Origin: Mytilus californianus
Lineage: Eukaryota
NCBI RefSeq assembly: GCF_021869535.1
Contig: NW_026262690.1
Coordinates: forward strand, 80,104,001 to 80,168,000
Direction: 5' to 3'
Length of the DNA stretch: 64,000 nt
In this document: positions 35,756 through 48,737 of the stretch, one piece after another
Numbering within the stretch: the stretch's first letter is position 1
Layout of the letters: each line of letters begins with the position of its first letter
Notes under the pieces: model-generated
What the model was told of the DNA's origin: nothing
Database searches by the model: none
The model's input: the letters and a program-made list of their open reading frames with translations, nothing else
Program-made: the position numbers and the translations under genes

Positions 35756-36047
35756 ATAAAAGTGATGCAATGAATTTTGTTCTGATATATATATACATTT
35801 ACAATTACATGCACATGTAAATTGTAATGCATATAAAAATAAGGAGATGTGGTATGATATTCAGTGAGTTTATCAAACTAAAGTGCATAAGAAATGGGTT
35901 TAAGCAGTTACAGGTGTTACTGTCACCGTACAATCTCCAACAATGAGAACAACTCGTACCCTGTAAAAAATTTCAGAGATCTTACAACTAAGTTTTGTTG
36001 TCTCACCTTGACTTTGGTGAATTTTTTATATCTGTTGATGTAAATAT

Positions 36048-36640
36048 AAAAAAGAAGATGTGGTATGATTGCCAATGAGACAACTCTCCACATATGCACA
36101 AGAGACCAAATGACACAGAAATTAACAGCTATAGGTCACAGTACGGCCTTCAACAATGAGCAAAGCCCATACCGCACAGTCAGCTATAAAAGGCCCAGAA
36201 ATGACAATGTAAAACAATTCAAACAAGAAAACTAACGGCCTATTTTATGTAAAAAAATGAACAAATATAACATATATGCAACACATAAACAAACGACAAC
36301 CACTGAATTACACTTTTATAGGCTCCTGACTTGGGACAGGCACATACATGTACATACAGAATGTGGCGGGCTTAAACATGTTAGCGGGATCCCAACCCTC
36401 CCCCTAACCTGGGACAGTGGTGTAACAGTACAATATAAGAAAGAACTATAAAAATCAGTTGAAAGAGGCTAAACTCATCAGATGGATAAATACAAATACA
36501 AGTGGACGTGGTCAGGTAGTTGTACATCCAAACAACAAAAAGACACGTACAAATCTGAGAGTACTCGCAGTTACTGACAGCTAGTTCAAAGCCACTAACA
36601 ACTGATAAAAAAATCTTGCATCTAAGACTAAATTATCAAT
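36048..36640 (-). repeat. Long copy of the abundant SINE-like repeat
   Basis: Begins aagaagatgtggtatgattgccaatgagacaac, the reverse complement of 3690-3868. Confidence 0.6.
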
Positions 36641-36999
36641 CCGTAAGCTCCCTTTAGAATTTTATAAATTTTAGATTTTACATTTCTGAGTTAAGGGGTT
36701 TTATTCATTAAAAAAGGGGGGATTTTTCCAGTTTTTGGACAACAACTCAAAAATGCTTTAAGCAGTTCACATGAAACTTTAGTGAATTATTTATAGCTAT
36801 TGATGTAATCTCCCTATTGATTTTCATAAATTTCAAATATGACATTGAGAAGAAATTGAACTTTATTTGTTTATAGTCTGGCAACAGATTTATTAAGTAT
36901 TGCACAACAGCACAGTGTATTGCACAACAGCAAGAAATCTTTAATTGAATATAAATTCAATTCATATAACTGATTTCTAGTTCATTGACTACATTTATT

Positions 37000-37143
37000 C
37001 AGAAACTATAATATGTCAAATATTTAATTACAATCCAAATTCAGACCTGTATCAAGCTTGAATATTGTGTCCATTTTTGCCCCAGCTGTTCAGGGTAGTA
37101 CCTCTGCGGGTGTATCCAGCTGCGCTCAGCGAATCAGTTTATT
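37000..37143 (+). mobile_element. Diverged 3' end of a family A HINE, directly upstream of copy 3
   Basis: tcaaatatttaattacaatccaaattcag..tgttcagggtagtacctctgcg..cagctgcgctcagcg matches the 3' end of 10636-12872. Confidence 0.7.
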
Positions 37144-37160
37144 TCTTAATTAAGAACTCC

Positions 37161-39270
37161 TTTTTATACGACTGCAAAAAAATTTTTGTGGTCGTATATT
37201 GGTATGACGTTGGCGTCGGTGTCGTCCGGCATCGTCGTCCGAAGACACATTAGTTTTCGCACTCTAACTTTAGTTTAAGTGAATGGATCTCAATGAAATT
37301 TTAAAAGAAGGTTCAATACCACAAAAGGAAAGTGGGGATTGATTTTGGGGGTTATGGTACCAACAGTTAAGGAATTAGGGGCCAAAAATAAGCATTTTTG
37401 TAACTTCCAGACATAACTTGTGTGTAAGTGTATGGATCTCTCTGACATTGTACCACAAGGTTCCATATCACAAAGGGAATGCTTTGATTAATTTTTGGGG
37501 GTAATTGCCTCCAAATTTTAGGAATTAGGGGCCAAAAAGGGGCAAAAAACAAGCATTTTTCTAGTTTCATGACAATAACTTGTGTGCAAGTCTATGGATC
37601 TCTCTGACATTGTATCACAAGGTTCCATATCACAAAGGGAATGCTGGGATTGAATTTGGGGGTAATTGCCTCCAAATTTTAGGAATTAGGGGCCGAAAAG
37701 GGGCAAAAAACAAGCATTTTTCTAGTTTCATGGCAATAACTTGTGTGTAAGTGTATGGATCTTTATGAAATTGTACTACAAGGTTCCATATCACAAAGGG
37801 AAAGCTAAAATTGAGTTTGGGGGTAATTGCCCAAAAAGTTTAGGAATAAGGGGCCAAAAATAAGCATTTTTCTAGTTTCCAGACAATAACTTGTGTTCAA
37901 GTGTATGGATCTCTCTGAAATTGTACTGCAAGGTACCATACCACAAAGGGAATGCTGGGATTGATTTTGGGGGTAATTGCCTCCAAATTTTAGGAATTAG
38001 GGGCAAAAAAGGGGCAAAAAACAAGCATTTTTCTAGTTTCATGACAATAACTTGTGTGTAAGTCTATGGATCTCTCTGACATTGTATCACATGGTTCCAT
38101 ATCACAAAGGGAATGCTGGGATTGATTTTGGGGGTAATTGCCTCCAAATTTTAGGAATTAAGGGCCAAAAAGGGGCAAAAAACAAGCATTTTTCTAGTTT
38201 CATGGCAATAACTTGTGTGCAAGTGTATGGATCTTTATGAAATTGTACTACAAGGTTCCATATCACAAAGGGAAAGCTGGGTTTGAGTTTGGGGGTAATT
38301 GCCCTAAACGTTTAGGAATTTGGGACCAAAAAGGGGCCAAAAAACAAGCATTTTTCTAGTTTCCAGACAATAACATGTGTTCAAGTGTATGAATCTCTCT
38401 GAAATTGTACTGCAATGTACCATACCACAAAGGGAATGCTGGGATTGATTTTGGGGGTAATTGCCTCCAAATTTTAGGAATTAGGGGCCAAAAAGGGGCA
38501 AAAAACAAGCATTTTTCTAGTTTCATGACAATAACTTGTGTGTAAGTCTATGGATCTCTCTGACATTGTATCACATGGTTCCATATCACAAAGGGAATGC
38601 TGGGATTGATTTTGGGGGTAATTGCCTCCAAATTTTAGGAATTAAGGGCCAAAAAGGGGCAAAAAACAAGCATTTTTCTAGTTTCATGGCAATAACTTGT
38701 GTGCAAGTGTATGGATCTTTATGAAATTGTACTACAAGGTTCCATATCACAAAGGGAAAGCTGGGTTTGAGTTTGGGGGTAATTGCCCTAAACGTTTAGG
38801 AATTTGGAACCAAAAAGGGGCCAAAAAACAAGCATTTTTCTAGTTTCCAGACAATAACATGTGTTCAAGTTTATGGATCTCTCTGAAATTGTACTGCAAG
38901 GTACCATACCACAAAGGGAAGGCTGGGATTGAGTTTTGGGGTGATGAATCATAAGGGGGTTCAAAAAATTTGGGGGGGGGGATTCTTTTTCCTTTTTTTT
39001 CTTTAAATTTTTCCATTTTAAATTGGTTATTTCTGATTTATATATAAAAGCCAATAAAAATGATATGGTTTGAATAGGTAAATTAATTTTTTTTAAGTAT
39101 CTTAGACCACTTTCATTCTGTGTCAGAAACCTATGCTGTGTCAAATATTTAATTACAATCCAAATTCAGTGCTGAATCAAGCTTGAATGTTGTGTTCATA
39201 CTTGCCCCAACTGTTCAGGGTTCGACCTCTGCGGTCGTATCAAGCTGCGCCCCAGCGGAGCATTTTATTT
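37161..39270 (+). mobile_element. HINE family A copy 3: expanded 161-bp array, no nested MITE
   Basis: Units at 37434, 37596, 37757, 37907, 38068, 38229, 38391, 38552, 38713 and 38875. Same termini as copies 1 and 2. Confidence 0.85.
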
Positions 39271-41229
39271 CATTCATAAATTACTTTATGCTTGGAAATA
39301 TAATTTTGCTTGGAGTTGAAAGAGTTGACATGTTGCAATGTACATTTACTCTACATAGTTCTATGGTACCAAATCAAAAGTTTATATAAAGAAAGAAGTC
39401 AAAGGTTTCCCATCATAGTTTAGTTACATACATTTTTTTTGTACCTGAGGTCGTTGAATATAGATCATTATATAAATAAAGAGATGTGTTATGATTGCCA
39501 ATGAAAAAACTAAGGATTTTCTTATCCAAGGAATAGATTACCTTAGCCGTATTTGGCACAACTTTTTGGAATTTTTGGTCCTCAATGCTCTTCAACTTTG
39601 TACTTGTTTGGCCTTGTTACTATTTTGATCTGAACGTCACTGATGAGTCTTATGTAGACGAAACACACGTATTAAATTATAATCCTGGTACCTTTGATAA
39701 CTAATTTGACTATAAACATAGATAAAAAAGGTACAAACTGGACATAATGCACTAGTTCATAAACAAGTGAGAACAATCGCCTTCATATAGTGCTCAGAAT
39801 ATGACATTCATAAAACTTATTCAATATCATTAGAGAACTCTAAATCTTAAATACTGAGAGCCACCTCTGATAAGTACACTGTACTATGCAAGATAATGAT
39901 ATAACTGGACTTAAAATACACACAACCTGTAATTAACTGCCTTTACAGCGCTTTCGTGCTTTGATTGGTTTTTACCATGGCATTGTCAGTTTGTTTTTGA
40001 CTTATGAGTAATTTGAATATCCCTTTGGTATCTTTCGCCTCTCTTTCAGAGAATGCACTCAATCTATTAAAGAAAGTGGTGGAAAGTTTTCAAATATGAA
40101 TGGAAAATAAAATGTATGGTCAAAATATTGTCCTTCAACAGCTAGGCTAGTTACCAACCGATCATAGATGAGTTTTTCATTGGTTATTATAGCAGAGGGT
40201 AGGACAATAATAATTTCAGAACTAAAATAACCTTTTAAATCAGACATTGTATATAGTTGTATAAAGCCATAAAAAACCTTGAAAATACTCGGAATGATTT
40301 AATATTTCAACAGAACAAATATTTGCTATCTTTGTCCACTGGTGTAAGGGGTGTTTAAAACGGATTAACGTACCGCAATTACATGAACACTGATTTTATG
40401 TTGGTAACTGACATGTTAAAATTAAAATGACAGTGGCAAAACATAGACTATGTAATAGCTAGTGCCCAGTAATATTGAAACATGAGAAAATTTTCTTTTT
40501 GACATTTACAAACACAGTGAGTGTGCTTAAGAACATGAGCAAACACGATTGTATGAAAAACCAGGTTACTTAACTGTAAAACTCAGATTCAGCCAAACAT
40601 CGGTGAACTTTCCTTAGGTGGTCCTTTCAAATTGTTTTTCAGATGAAAGTCTGTCATTCAATATGAAATATGGATACAACGTGTATAATGAAAATATCCT
40701 TTAAAATAATTACAATTGAAAACTGATACTGGGGAAATGACACTTTTGATCTAATTTCAAACAAATGTTTGCAGAACTCAGAATTGATACTCTTATGATC
40801 CTTGCTTTGAGAAATTTACTTGCATAATTAGAATAATGCTGCTAGCCAAAAAATTATTAAATTTTTGTACTCGACCTCGTTTCCTTCCCATATATTTCAG
40901 TATGTTTGACCTTGATGATCTGTAGTCATCTTTGTTGAAAAGATATACCATATAAACTGCCACCTTGGCAAATATTACTATGATAAGGTCATGATGGTTT
41001 AGCATTTATCTGCAGATATGTGATATATATTGAAGACACCTAAGTCAGTGAGGGGAAGATGTTTTTCTTGAATGTTTACCAGGTTATTACTTCTGAATAT
41101 AAGTCTACAATGGTCAATTATATTTTTAACAATTTATATGCCAAGTTCATAAATAGTTTTTTTTTTAAATCCGCCTCCCCAGCGATTTTCAGGATTTACC
41201 TTCATCAGGAAAGCTCAAAGCTTAAGTAT

Positions 41230-42621
41230 TTGAAAGCCAAAGACATATGAAAACAGTGACAGTTGAAGAGCTATTTGACCAAATTAGACCTAAAAAAGGT
41301 AACCAATTAAATCAAGCTAAGGTCAACTTTGCCTGAGGAAGCTGAAACCTTAGTTTTTCTTATAATTTCTAGATTTATTAACAGACAAGTTAAGTGTTCA
41401 ATTGATGATTTCAGTCGTGTTGACTTATTTATTTGTAGATCTTATTTTGCTGAAACAAATTTTCTTTATTCAATATAGTGTCTGCAAGAAACGCAAATAA
41501 TAGGGGAAAATGTCTTTCAATGGCAATTAATTACTCCAATAACGGGTCAATTGACCATTTTGTCTTGTTGACTTATATGGGGATTTTATTTTGCTGAACA
41601 TTTTTACTATTCACAGGTTCTTTATATAAAAAAAGGGCGACATTTAGGTTTACCCACTAATGAACGAGTTTGTAATGTATGTAAATCGGGTGAGGTAGAA
41701 GATGAAAATCACTTTTTACTGAATTGTGAAAAATTTTCTAAATACAGAATAAACTTTAAAACTATTATATTAAATATACTTCCTACACGTTGTAGTGAGA
41801 GTCAGCTAACTATGAAACGTTGCATAAATAGCAACTCTTTAAAAGTCCTGAAAGTGACAAGTTCTTGTATACATAAATGTCTGGTATATAGAAACGAGAT
41901 TTTAGCTTCTTAATTATAACATATTATTTCATTATGCTGTATTCATTGTTATAATGTACTGAAATATGGGCCTTTGCCAATTATTGTAATTGTGTTTGTG
42001 CCAATAAAATATTTGTATTTGTATCTAGAATGGTTTCTGCAAAAATGGATAAAAATCATTTTTTAAGGATAAAAACTCTTTAATAAAAGGGTTCAATTAA
42101 TTGGAGATTTCTGCCATATTGACTTATTTGAAGATCTTTTTTGCTGAACGTTTTTTTTAACAATTTTTGATTTCTATTATAGGTTCTGCAAAATAACCAC
42201 ATGCAATGGGTAAAATATGTCTTTCAAAGGCAATAACTTCTATAAGGGGTTATTTGACGATTTCTGTCAAGTTGACTTAATATTTGTAGATCTTATTGTT
42301 CTGTGGTAATTTTTGCTGTTCAATATTCCTCTCTATCTGTTATGTAGTTTTCAAGAAATTTATCAAAAACTAATAAATATGAAAAAAACCTGACATTTTA
42401 AGGGCAATAACTTTGTCAAATTTTTTTGAATATTTCATGGAAAATAGACCTTGACTTTTTTATAATATTTACCTTGCTGTTTTTTTTGTTTTGTTTGAGA
42501 TATATTTTACCTAATAGTTGCAGAGTAAAAAGTTTATGACAACGAACGGATGGACAACAACGGATGCCAAGTAATGGCTAAAGCTCTGTGACATATCCTT
42601 TTAGGCCAGGTTAGCTTAAAA
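41230..42621 (-). mobile_element. HINE-like element related to 1388-2394, interrupted by a LINE tail
   Basis: Right end ttttaggccaggttagcttaaaa. Repeats ggcaataact..tat and gacttattt..tgtagatcttatt. Left boundary approximate. Confidence 0.55.
41628..42024 (+). mobile_element. 5'-truncated non-LTR retrotransposon (LINE) 3' end
   Basis: Open frame KGRHLGLPTNERVCNVCKSGEVEDENHFLLNCEKFSKYR... contains the ORF2 C-terminal CCHC knuckle. Stop near 41910, then aataaa and a (ttgtat)n tail. Confidence 0.85.
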
Positions 42622-42679
42622 CACCACCGTTCTAATTACATTATACAGATATATAGAGACCTCTTTTACCTAAGTTATG

Positions 42680-43730
42680 TAAGGACCAAAGACAAGTCGA
42701 ACCAAGACAACTGGGACCAATTTTAAGACTACTCAGACCACTTTTAAAGACAACTCTGACCAGTTTAAAAGACAAATTGGACCAGTTTAAAAGACAGACC
42801 AGTTAAAGAAAGACAATTCAAAACCACTTATGAAGGCAATGAAGAAAAGTTTGAAAGTCTACTAGTCTACCAGAATCACTTATTATATTTTCCTTGGTCG
42901 CCATGTTGGATGTACACAGTAATATTTAATGCGATCTTTATGAACTTACCTGCTTTCTATAAATCATTTTTAAGTTAAAAAATACACTTATAATACAATA
43001 TTATTTAATAATCAATGTTTAAATGTCACCAATATGTGCTAATAATTTAATTTTGGATGTAACGCGTCTTCTGATTGGCTGACTTTGTTTTGTTTATCAG
43101 CTCATAGACATAATTTTGTCATGTGACCGTGATGTCATCAACGTTTTTTCATGGTTTACTCCGGTTTAAAATGGAATTTAGAATTAAATTATAAGAAATG
43201 ACTGTAATATTTTTTCTGTCTATTCGAAATAACATAAAAAATGTGGTGCACACTTTGAAATAACCCGCTACGCGGGTTATTCAGTGTGCACCACATTTTT
43301 TATGTTATTTCTTCATAGACAGAAAAAATATTACAGTCATTCCTTAAATATTAAAATTTCAAGTGTTATTAGGTGTTAACAAGTGTTATTTGGCTAATAA
43401 CGGTGTTATTCGGTGATTCGAGGTACCGTATTTCCATTGCATGTAAAGTTATTTGTTGTTTTACTTTGGTCATTATTTTCTATTATGTAAACCTGGAGCT
43501 ATTATCCTATGTTAGTATAATAGTCCCAGTATAAACCCCATCCAGACCTTCGTATTAGCATTCTTAAATGGTCTGAGTGGTTTAAACTGGACAGAGTTAT
43601 CTTTGAAACGTGTCTGAGATGTTTTCAAATAGGCCCGAGTTGTCTATTAAAAGCAGTCCAAGTTGTCATTGAATTGGTCCGATTTGTCTTGGTCCGAGCT
43701 GTCTTTGGTCCGAGTTCACCTGATTCTAGT
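42680..43730. mobile_element. Element with inverted subterminal arrays (ggaccaagacaa-like), probably MULE-type
   Basis: Left array ggaccaaagacaagtcgaaccaagacaactgggacc, right array ggtccgatttgtcttggtccgagctgtctttggtccgag. No clean TSD found. Confidence 0.55.
43192..43345. repeat. ~155-bp near-perfect palindrome
   Basis: Arms aatgactgtaatattttttctgtctat..aaataacataaaaaatgtggtgcacact..aataacccgc and gcgggttatt..agtgtgcaccacattttttatgttattt..atagacagaaaaaatattacagtcatt. Confidence 0.9.
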
Positions 43731-44127
43731 TATGTCCCTTTTGCCCACTCTTCAAAAATAAAGATAGTTTCATTTTCGCGGAAATTTGAAATTGTTTGCC
43801 CAAGAAAAAATAGAACACAGCAAAATACAAAAGGAGGTAAATATAAACATGTTCTTTCAGTGCTGGTGACACATAAAACCTTGAAAATAATCCGCGGTTG
43901 ATTTCCATTTCTTCTCATGAGCCTATGAACTATGAGACTCCCCCTTTATTTTGTAAGCTAGTCATTACCACTACCAGTATAATACACCTTATCGCTAATC
44001 CCGCTTGACCCGAGAATCAGTCCCGCTCGAACTTTTGACGTCATACAACAATCACTTTTCCATTGTGGCGTCAGATATTTCTATTATGACGTCAAAATTT
44101 TACGGGAACTTGTGTGATGTCCAGTAA

Positions 44128-45656
44128 GGGGACGACCATTTGATATTCTGGGGGGGGCCAGGAGGATTTGTTTTGGATTGGTTATTTATTTTTGTAAACT
44201 AAGAGGACAGATTATTTATTTTCTGCACTGTTGAAGCAAGATTTTTCATTTTCATTAAAACAAGGGACTGATTATTTATTTTCATAACTATATTAAAAAT
44301 ATTCGAAAACATAAAATTTTTAAATTCATTTTTTATTATAAATAATACATGTACAGTCAAGTCATTAATGTACCATTTAATCAGAATTAATCATCCTCTG
44401 CGGAAATGAATCTTCTGAATTCCAAACTGCATATACATGTATTGCATACATACATGGTATTAGAGTTGGGCTGTGACTAGCCTCTTTTAAAAGCATTGCC
44501 AACTCTATTTATGCCGAGCGGAGCGAGGCAAAAAAATTTTGAAGGGTTTTGAAGCCGCTGCAGGCCCAAAGAAACTATAGAACAAATGATGCAAAATCGT
44601 GCTTTCTGGGCGTTCCCAGACCCTTTCTTATTCTGAAAACGCAAGTTCTGTTTTAATAATTGTTTGACAATATTTTGGTCTCAAAGCAAAATGTATAGAT
44701 TCAGCATAAGACTTAAGTTTTTATGGACAACACCAAAAGACCAATATGAAGAATAAAGTAAAATTGTAATTCACATAGTTAAGTATGTGGCTGCTGTTTT
44801 TTTTTTTTTTTTTTTTTTTTTGTTGTTTCGGCATGCAGAATTTAAATCTTTTATACCTGTAAATTATATGGGGTTTTATTCAAATTAAGTTAAGAGGGGG
44901 CTGATTATCAGTGATATAACTATGTCAAGTAATTTTTAATAACACATTTCAATTACAACTTGATGTAGCTCTTAACTGGGATACAATTTAAAGTAGTTAA
45001 GTTGTAAAATTAGCTAAAAAGTCTTAAATAAAATAAAACTCATGATCAAGTTGAAAAAAAAATTACTAAATCACAAAAAGAATGCAACACTAAGAGAATA
45101 CAGAAGGGCAATCAATGAACTAAAGACAAATTTAAAGAAACATTGATCCCGAAAAAACAGGTGCTACGTCCAAGGGAGAACAGAACTTGCTTCTTGCAAA
45201 CACTCGCTGTGAAAATAATTTGATATGAAGACAAGCTTTTGGTTTTAAAATTTCCTACATAAAGGCATTTGCCTCAATGTAGTAACAGCCCTGTAATAAA
45301 AATGAGGTAAGTGTTCCTGAGCCAATATACCTCTTGAAAGTTAAATGAAACCCATTTTCAGACATTTCAAGTATATTTATACCTTTATTATTAAAAGATT
45401 TGGGAAGTGTTTCCCGAATTTTTTTTTGAAAAAAGATGAATTTTATGAAGAATCTGGTGCCACCTCATACTTTCGAATAGCATTTATAAAATGGATTAAA
45501 GACCTGCCGAGTTATTCATTTTCAATACATTGTAAGTCAGGTTATTTATTTTCGAACTACCACAGAACAAACCATTTATTTTTGTGATTATCAAGGCTGA
45601 GTTATTTATTTTCAAAATCCTCCTGGCCCCCCCCAGAATATCAAATGGTCGTCCCC
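44128..45656. mobile_element. PIF/Harbinger-type non-autonomous element, copy 1
   Basis: TIR ggggacgaccatttgatattctgggggggg(g)ccaggaggatt, TSD taa (44125-44127 and 45657-45659), subterminal ttatttatttt repeats. Second copy at 59337-60637. Confidence 0.9.
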
Positions 45657-46879
45657 TAATGGCGGACAAATAGCGATAAGGTGTATTTAGACTGGTTCTG
45701 TCAGTACTTATTACATATTTCATATAAACATGATATTTATGTATAGTACAAGGTACTTATACATAGCAGGAGCCCAGTCTGAAATTATAAGTCTATATTT
45801 CATTCTGACACTTAGCTGGGACTATTATACTAACGGGACTGGAAACTGATCGATCTGTTGAGATTTAATTGCCCCGATAGCGGATTATTGATTTTTTGTT
45901 TTGATTGACAGCTTATTGTGTCACGTAGTAAATTAACATTCGGTACATGAATGTAAACAATAGATTTCGGCAAACAAGTCAGCATATACATTTTATGTAT
46001 ATAATACTGTTAAAATTGGTGGATTTGAAATAAAAAAATAATTATTTAATTAATTAGTTTAAATGCAAAAAATATATATTGTTTATGAAAAATTATTAAT
46101 AAGTAGTCAATATATTAGTGTTGAAAAAAAAACCAGATATACATGTAGTCGAAATGCCGGCGCTTTACTTGACCGCTAAGAAAACAACGTGTCAAAGGTT
46201 AACAGATCATAATTAATCCTGATAAAAACAATAAGTGTGCAATAAAAACAATGTTTACAATTTCAGTTCATAACTAATTCATATAACAAAAGTTACCCAG
46301 GTCAAATAAAGATATAGCAACATTGTTTTGAACTTTTGTGAACTTCGTGTTTACACCAAAATTTCAATATGGTTGTGAACGGGCCTACTTTTGTAGTTCT
46401 AATTATGGAACCTAGTGTACATATTTTCACGAAGTCATGTGCTAATGCCACCAGAAGACCATTACTAAGCAAAATTAACCCTGATTATAATAAAAATATT
46501 GTACACATAAAAAGGAGTAGGTAATTTTATAGGAACAGTATAATTTATTTGAGCCGTGCATGTGGGTTCCGGTTGTAATGAGAAAGAGATTTATATTCCA
46601 CTTTTTATTTTAAAAAGTGACAATAAAAATAGGCAAATCCAAACTATAACCTATAAATATGATTTTACAACAAACCGAACTTGCGTATCTCTTTTCAATC
46701 AACAGTTATAAGTAATTTTATGAATCATATACTTTTTTCCTCGTCATTTAAGCCCTGGCATCCACTAGATATATAAAAAATAAATTCATTTTGTGTTTCA
46801 GAATGATAAAATCTTTGTTTGCAGGATTTTGATGGGCATCAGCGGTTAGTGGTCTTTTTGGGTGTTTGATGGTGAATCC

Positions 46880-47605
46880 AGGTCCCTTCGCCCAAAATCA
46901 TGTTTGCTCCCATTCACATTCGCCCCCTTTCACGTTTGCACCCTTTTTATTGGTTTTGTAATGAATAATGGTTTAATCATCATGATCATGTTTTAGTTAG
47001 TGTATTACTATGAATAAGTTTTTTTTATTTTTTCAAAATAAAGTGACATTCTAAAAACGTAAACAGATTTCTACTTCATGCACTTTAGCCATACACAATC
47101 ATTCAAATCATGAAATAATTCATTTAAAAAACATCACTTAAATGTTTCGAGTAACTACTTTATAAAATTTAAAAGAGCACTAAAATATTTTAAAAAAAAC
47201 CTGAAATATCACATCACATTGTACACCATTCACACACCAATACTATCTAATATGCACTAATATAAATAGTTTATTTAAGAATTAATGTATTAAATTCAAA
47301 TAACAGTCACAATTGTAATCAAAGTTCAAAGTCTACTGTGGCGGAAAATCGTCAATTGGTTTGTCTGATGTCCATACGTATACAGTCTTCATCAAATCCC
47401 CCCAAAAATGTTTCATTTTGAAATTCCCGAATTTTATTTATATATATATATATAATGAAAATATAAATATTTTGATTTATACATTTGTACATCTAAAAAA
47501 CATCTAATAATTCAATCATTTTTTGAATAAAAATAGGGAGCGAACGGATCCAGGGGGCGAACGTGTGGGGGTGTGAACGTGTATTGGGATCGAACGGACC
47601 TGATA
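46880..47605. mobile_element. Element with inverted subterminal cgttcgcccc-like arrays (MULE-like)
   Basis: Left caggtcccttcgccc..ttcgccccc..cacgtttgcaccc, right gggagcgaacgg..ggggcgaacgtg..cgaacggacctg. TSD unclear. Confidence 0.55.
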
Positions 47606-47748
47606 CCTTTGGTGATGAAAAGACCTACCCAATGAATGAACTTGTAGGGTGTTTAAAATTAACAAAGTTATTGCCAGGTGCTCTCAAAGAAAAACCCAGC
47701 AGAAGCCAATATAATTTGTTGTCAAGACATTTTAGAAATTATTCTAGA

Positions 47749-48425
47749 CAGTCAGGGGTACTACTTGTACAAGTAATCTTTATTTATTTGAAGAAGTAAA
47801 TAATAATATACTTATATAAGTAAATTATAATGTTTGAATAATCTCCCCTTAATTTTCTCAAAAATTTACTTGTATAAGTAATTTTTTTTTACAATCCCGA
47901 AAAATTCTCAAGTTTTTAGATGTAAAGACATGTCTATAACAATTTTTCTCAGGTTAGCTCATAATTTTTGATTAGATATCAATGTTTCATCTCATTAATT
48001 CAACAAAGAAACTAATTGCGCAAAGATCTTAAGTATTTGGGCAAGGCCTTCAAAAATTGCCCCTTGGGGGCTTGTAAATGAGCAGTGATCTGATGAAGAT
48101 AACAGACAAATGAGATTTTCATTGTCCATGAAATTACACTTAAATGATCAGCAAAGACATCTGCAAAGGACAGACAATTAAAAATTCTATTAGAGCAAAG
48201 AAGTCCTTAAGAAATTCAAGAAAAGAATATAGGATGACTTTTTTACTTGTATAAGTAAAAAAATCTGAATTTCTAAGCGACATAACTAAGCCAAAAAATA
48301 ATTTACCTATACAATTAAATAAAATATGCTTGTATAAGAATCCTACAAATTTACTTATATAAGTATATTAATATTTACTTCTTCAAGTAAATAAAAATTA
48401 CTTGTACAATTAGTACCCCTGACTG
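47749..48425. mobile_element. MITE with ~80-bp TIRs and 5-bp TSD
   Basis: Termini cagtcaggggtacta..ttgtacaagtaat / attacttgtacaattagtacccctgactg. ctaga on both sides (47744-47748 and 48426-48430). A related end fragment lies near 50105. Confidence 0.75.
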
Positions 48426-48737
48426 CTAGATCTCCAGTAATAAAAAAGTAAAAAAGAATGCGATAAATCTCTCAGGGAAGAAAGGAAGAAGAGTGCATGT
48501 AATTGGGCATCATACATGTACATGTACGTGTAGAGTTTCAATATATTTTGTTAATTTTCAGTTTCACTACATACATTGTTTACATTATACATGTTATATG
48601 TGCATGTACTTTGTTTGCATTCCCATGCTGGCTGCACTTATACTTTATTTGATAGCACGGGGGAGGGGTCTCTTCCTATGTGAAGGTATACACAGCCATG
48701 AGGCTTGAATGGTTCCCTTTTTAATAGGTTAAATATA

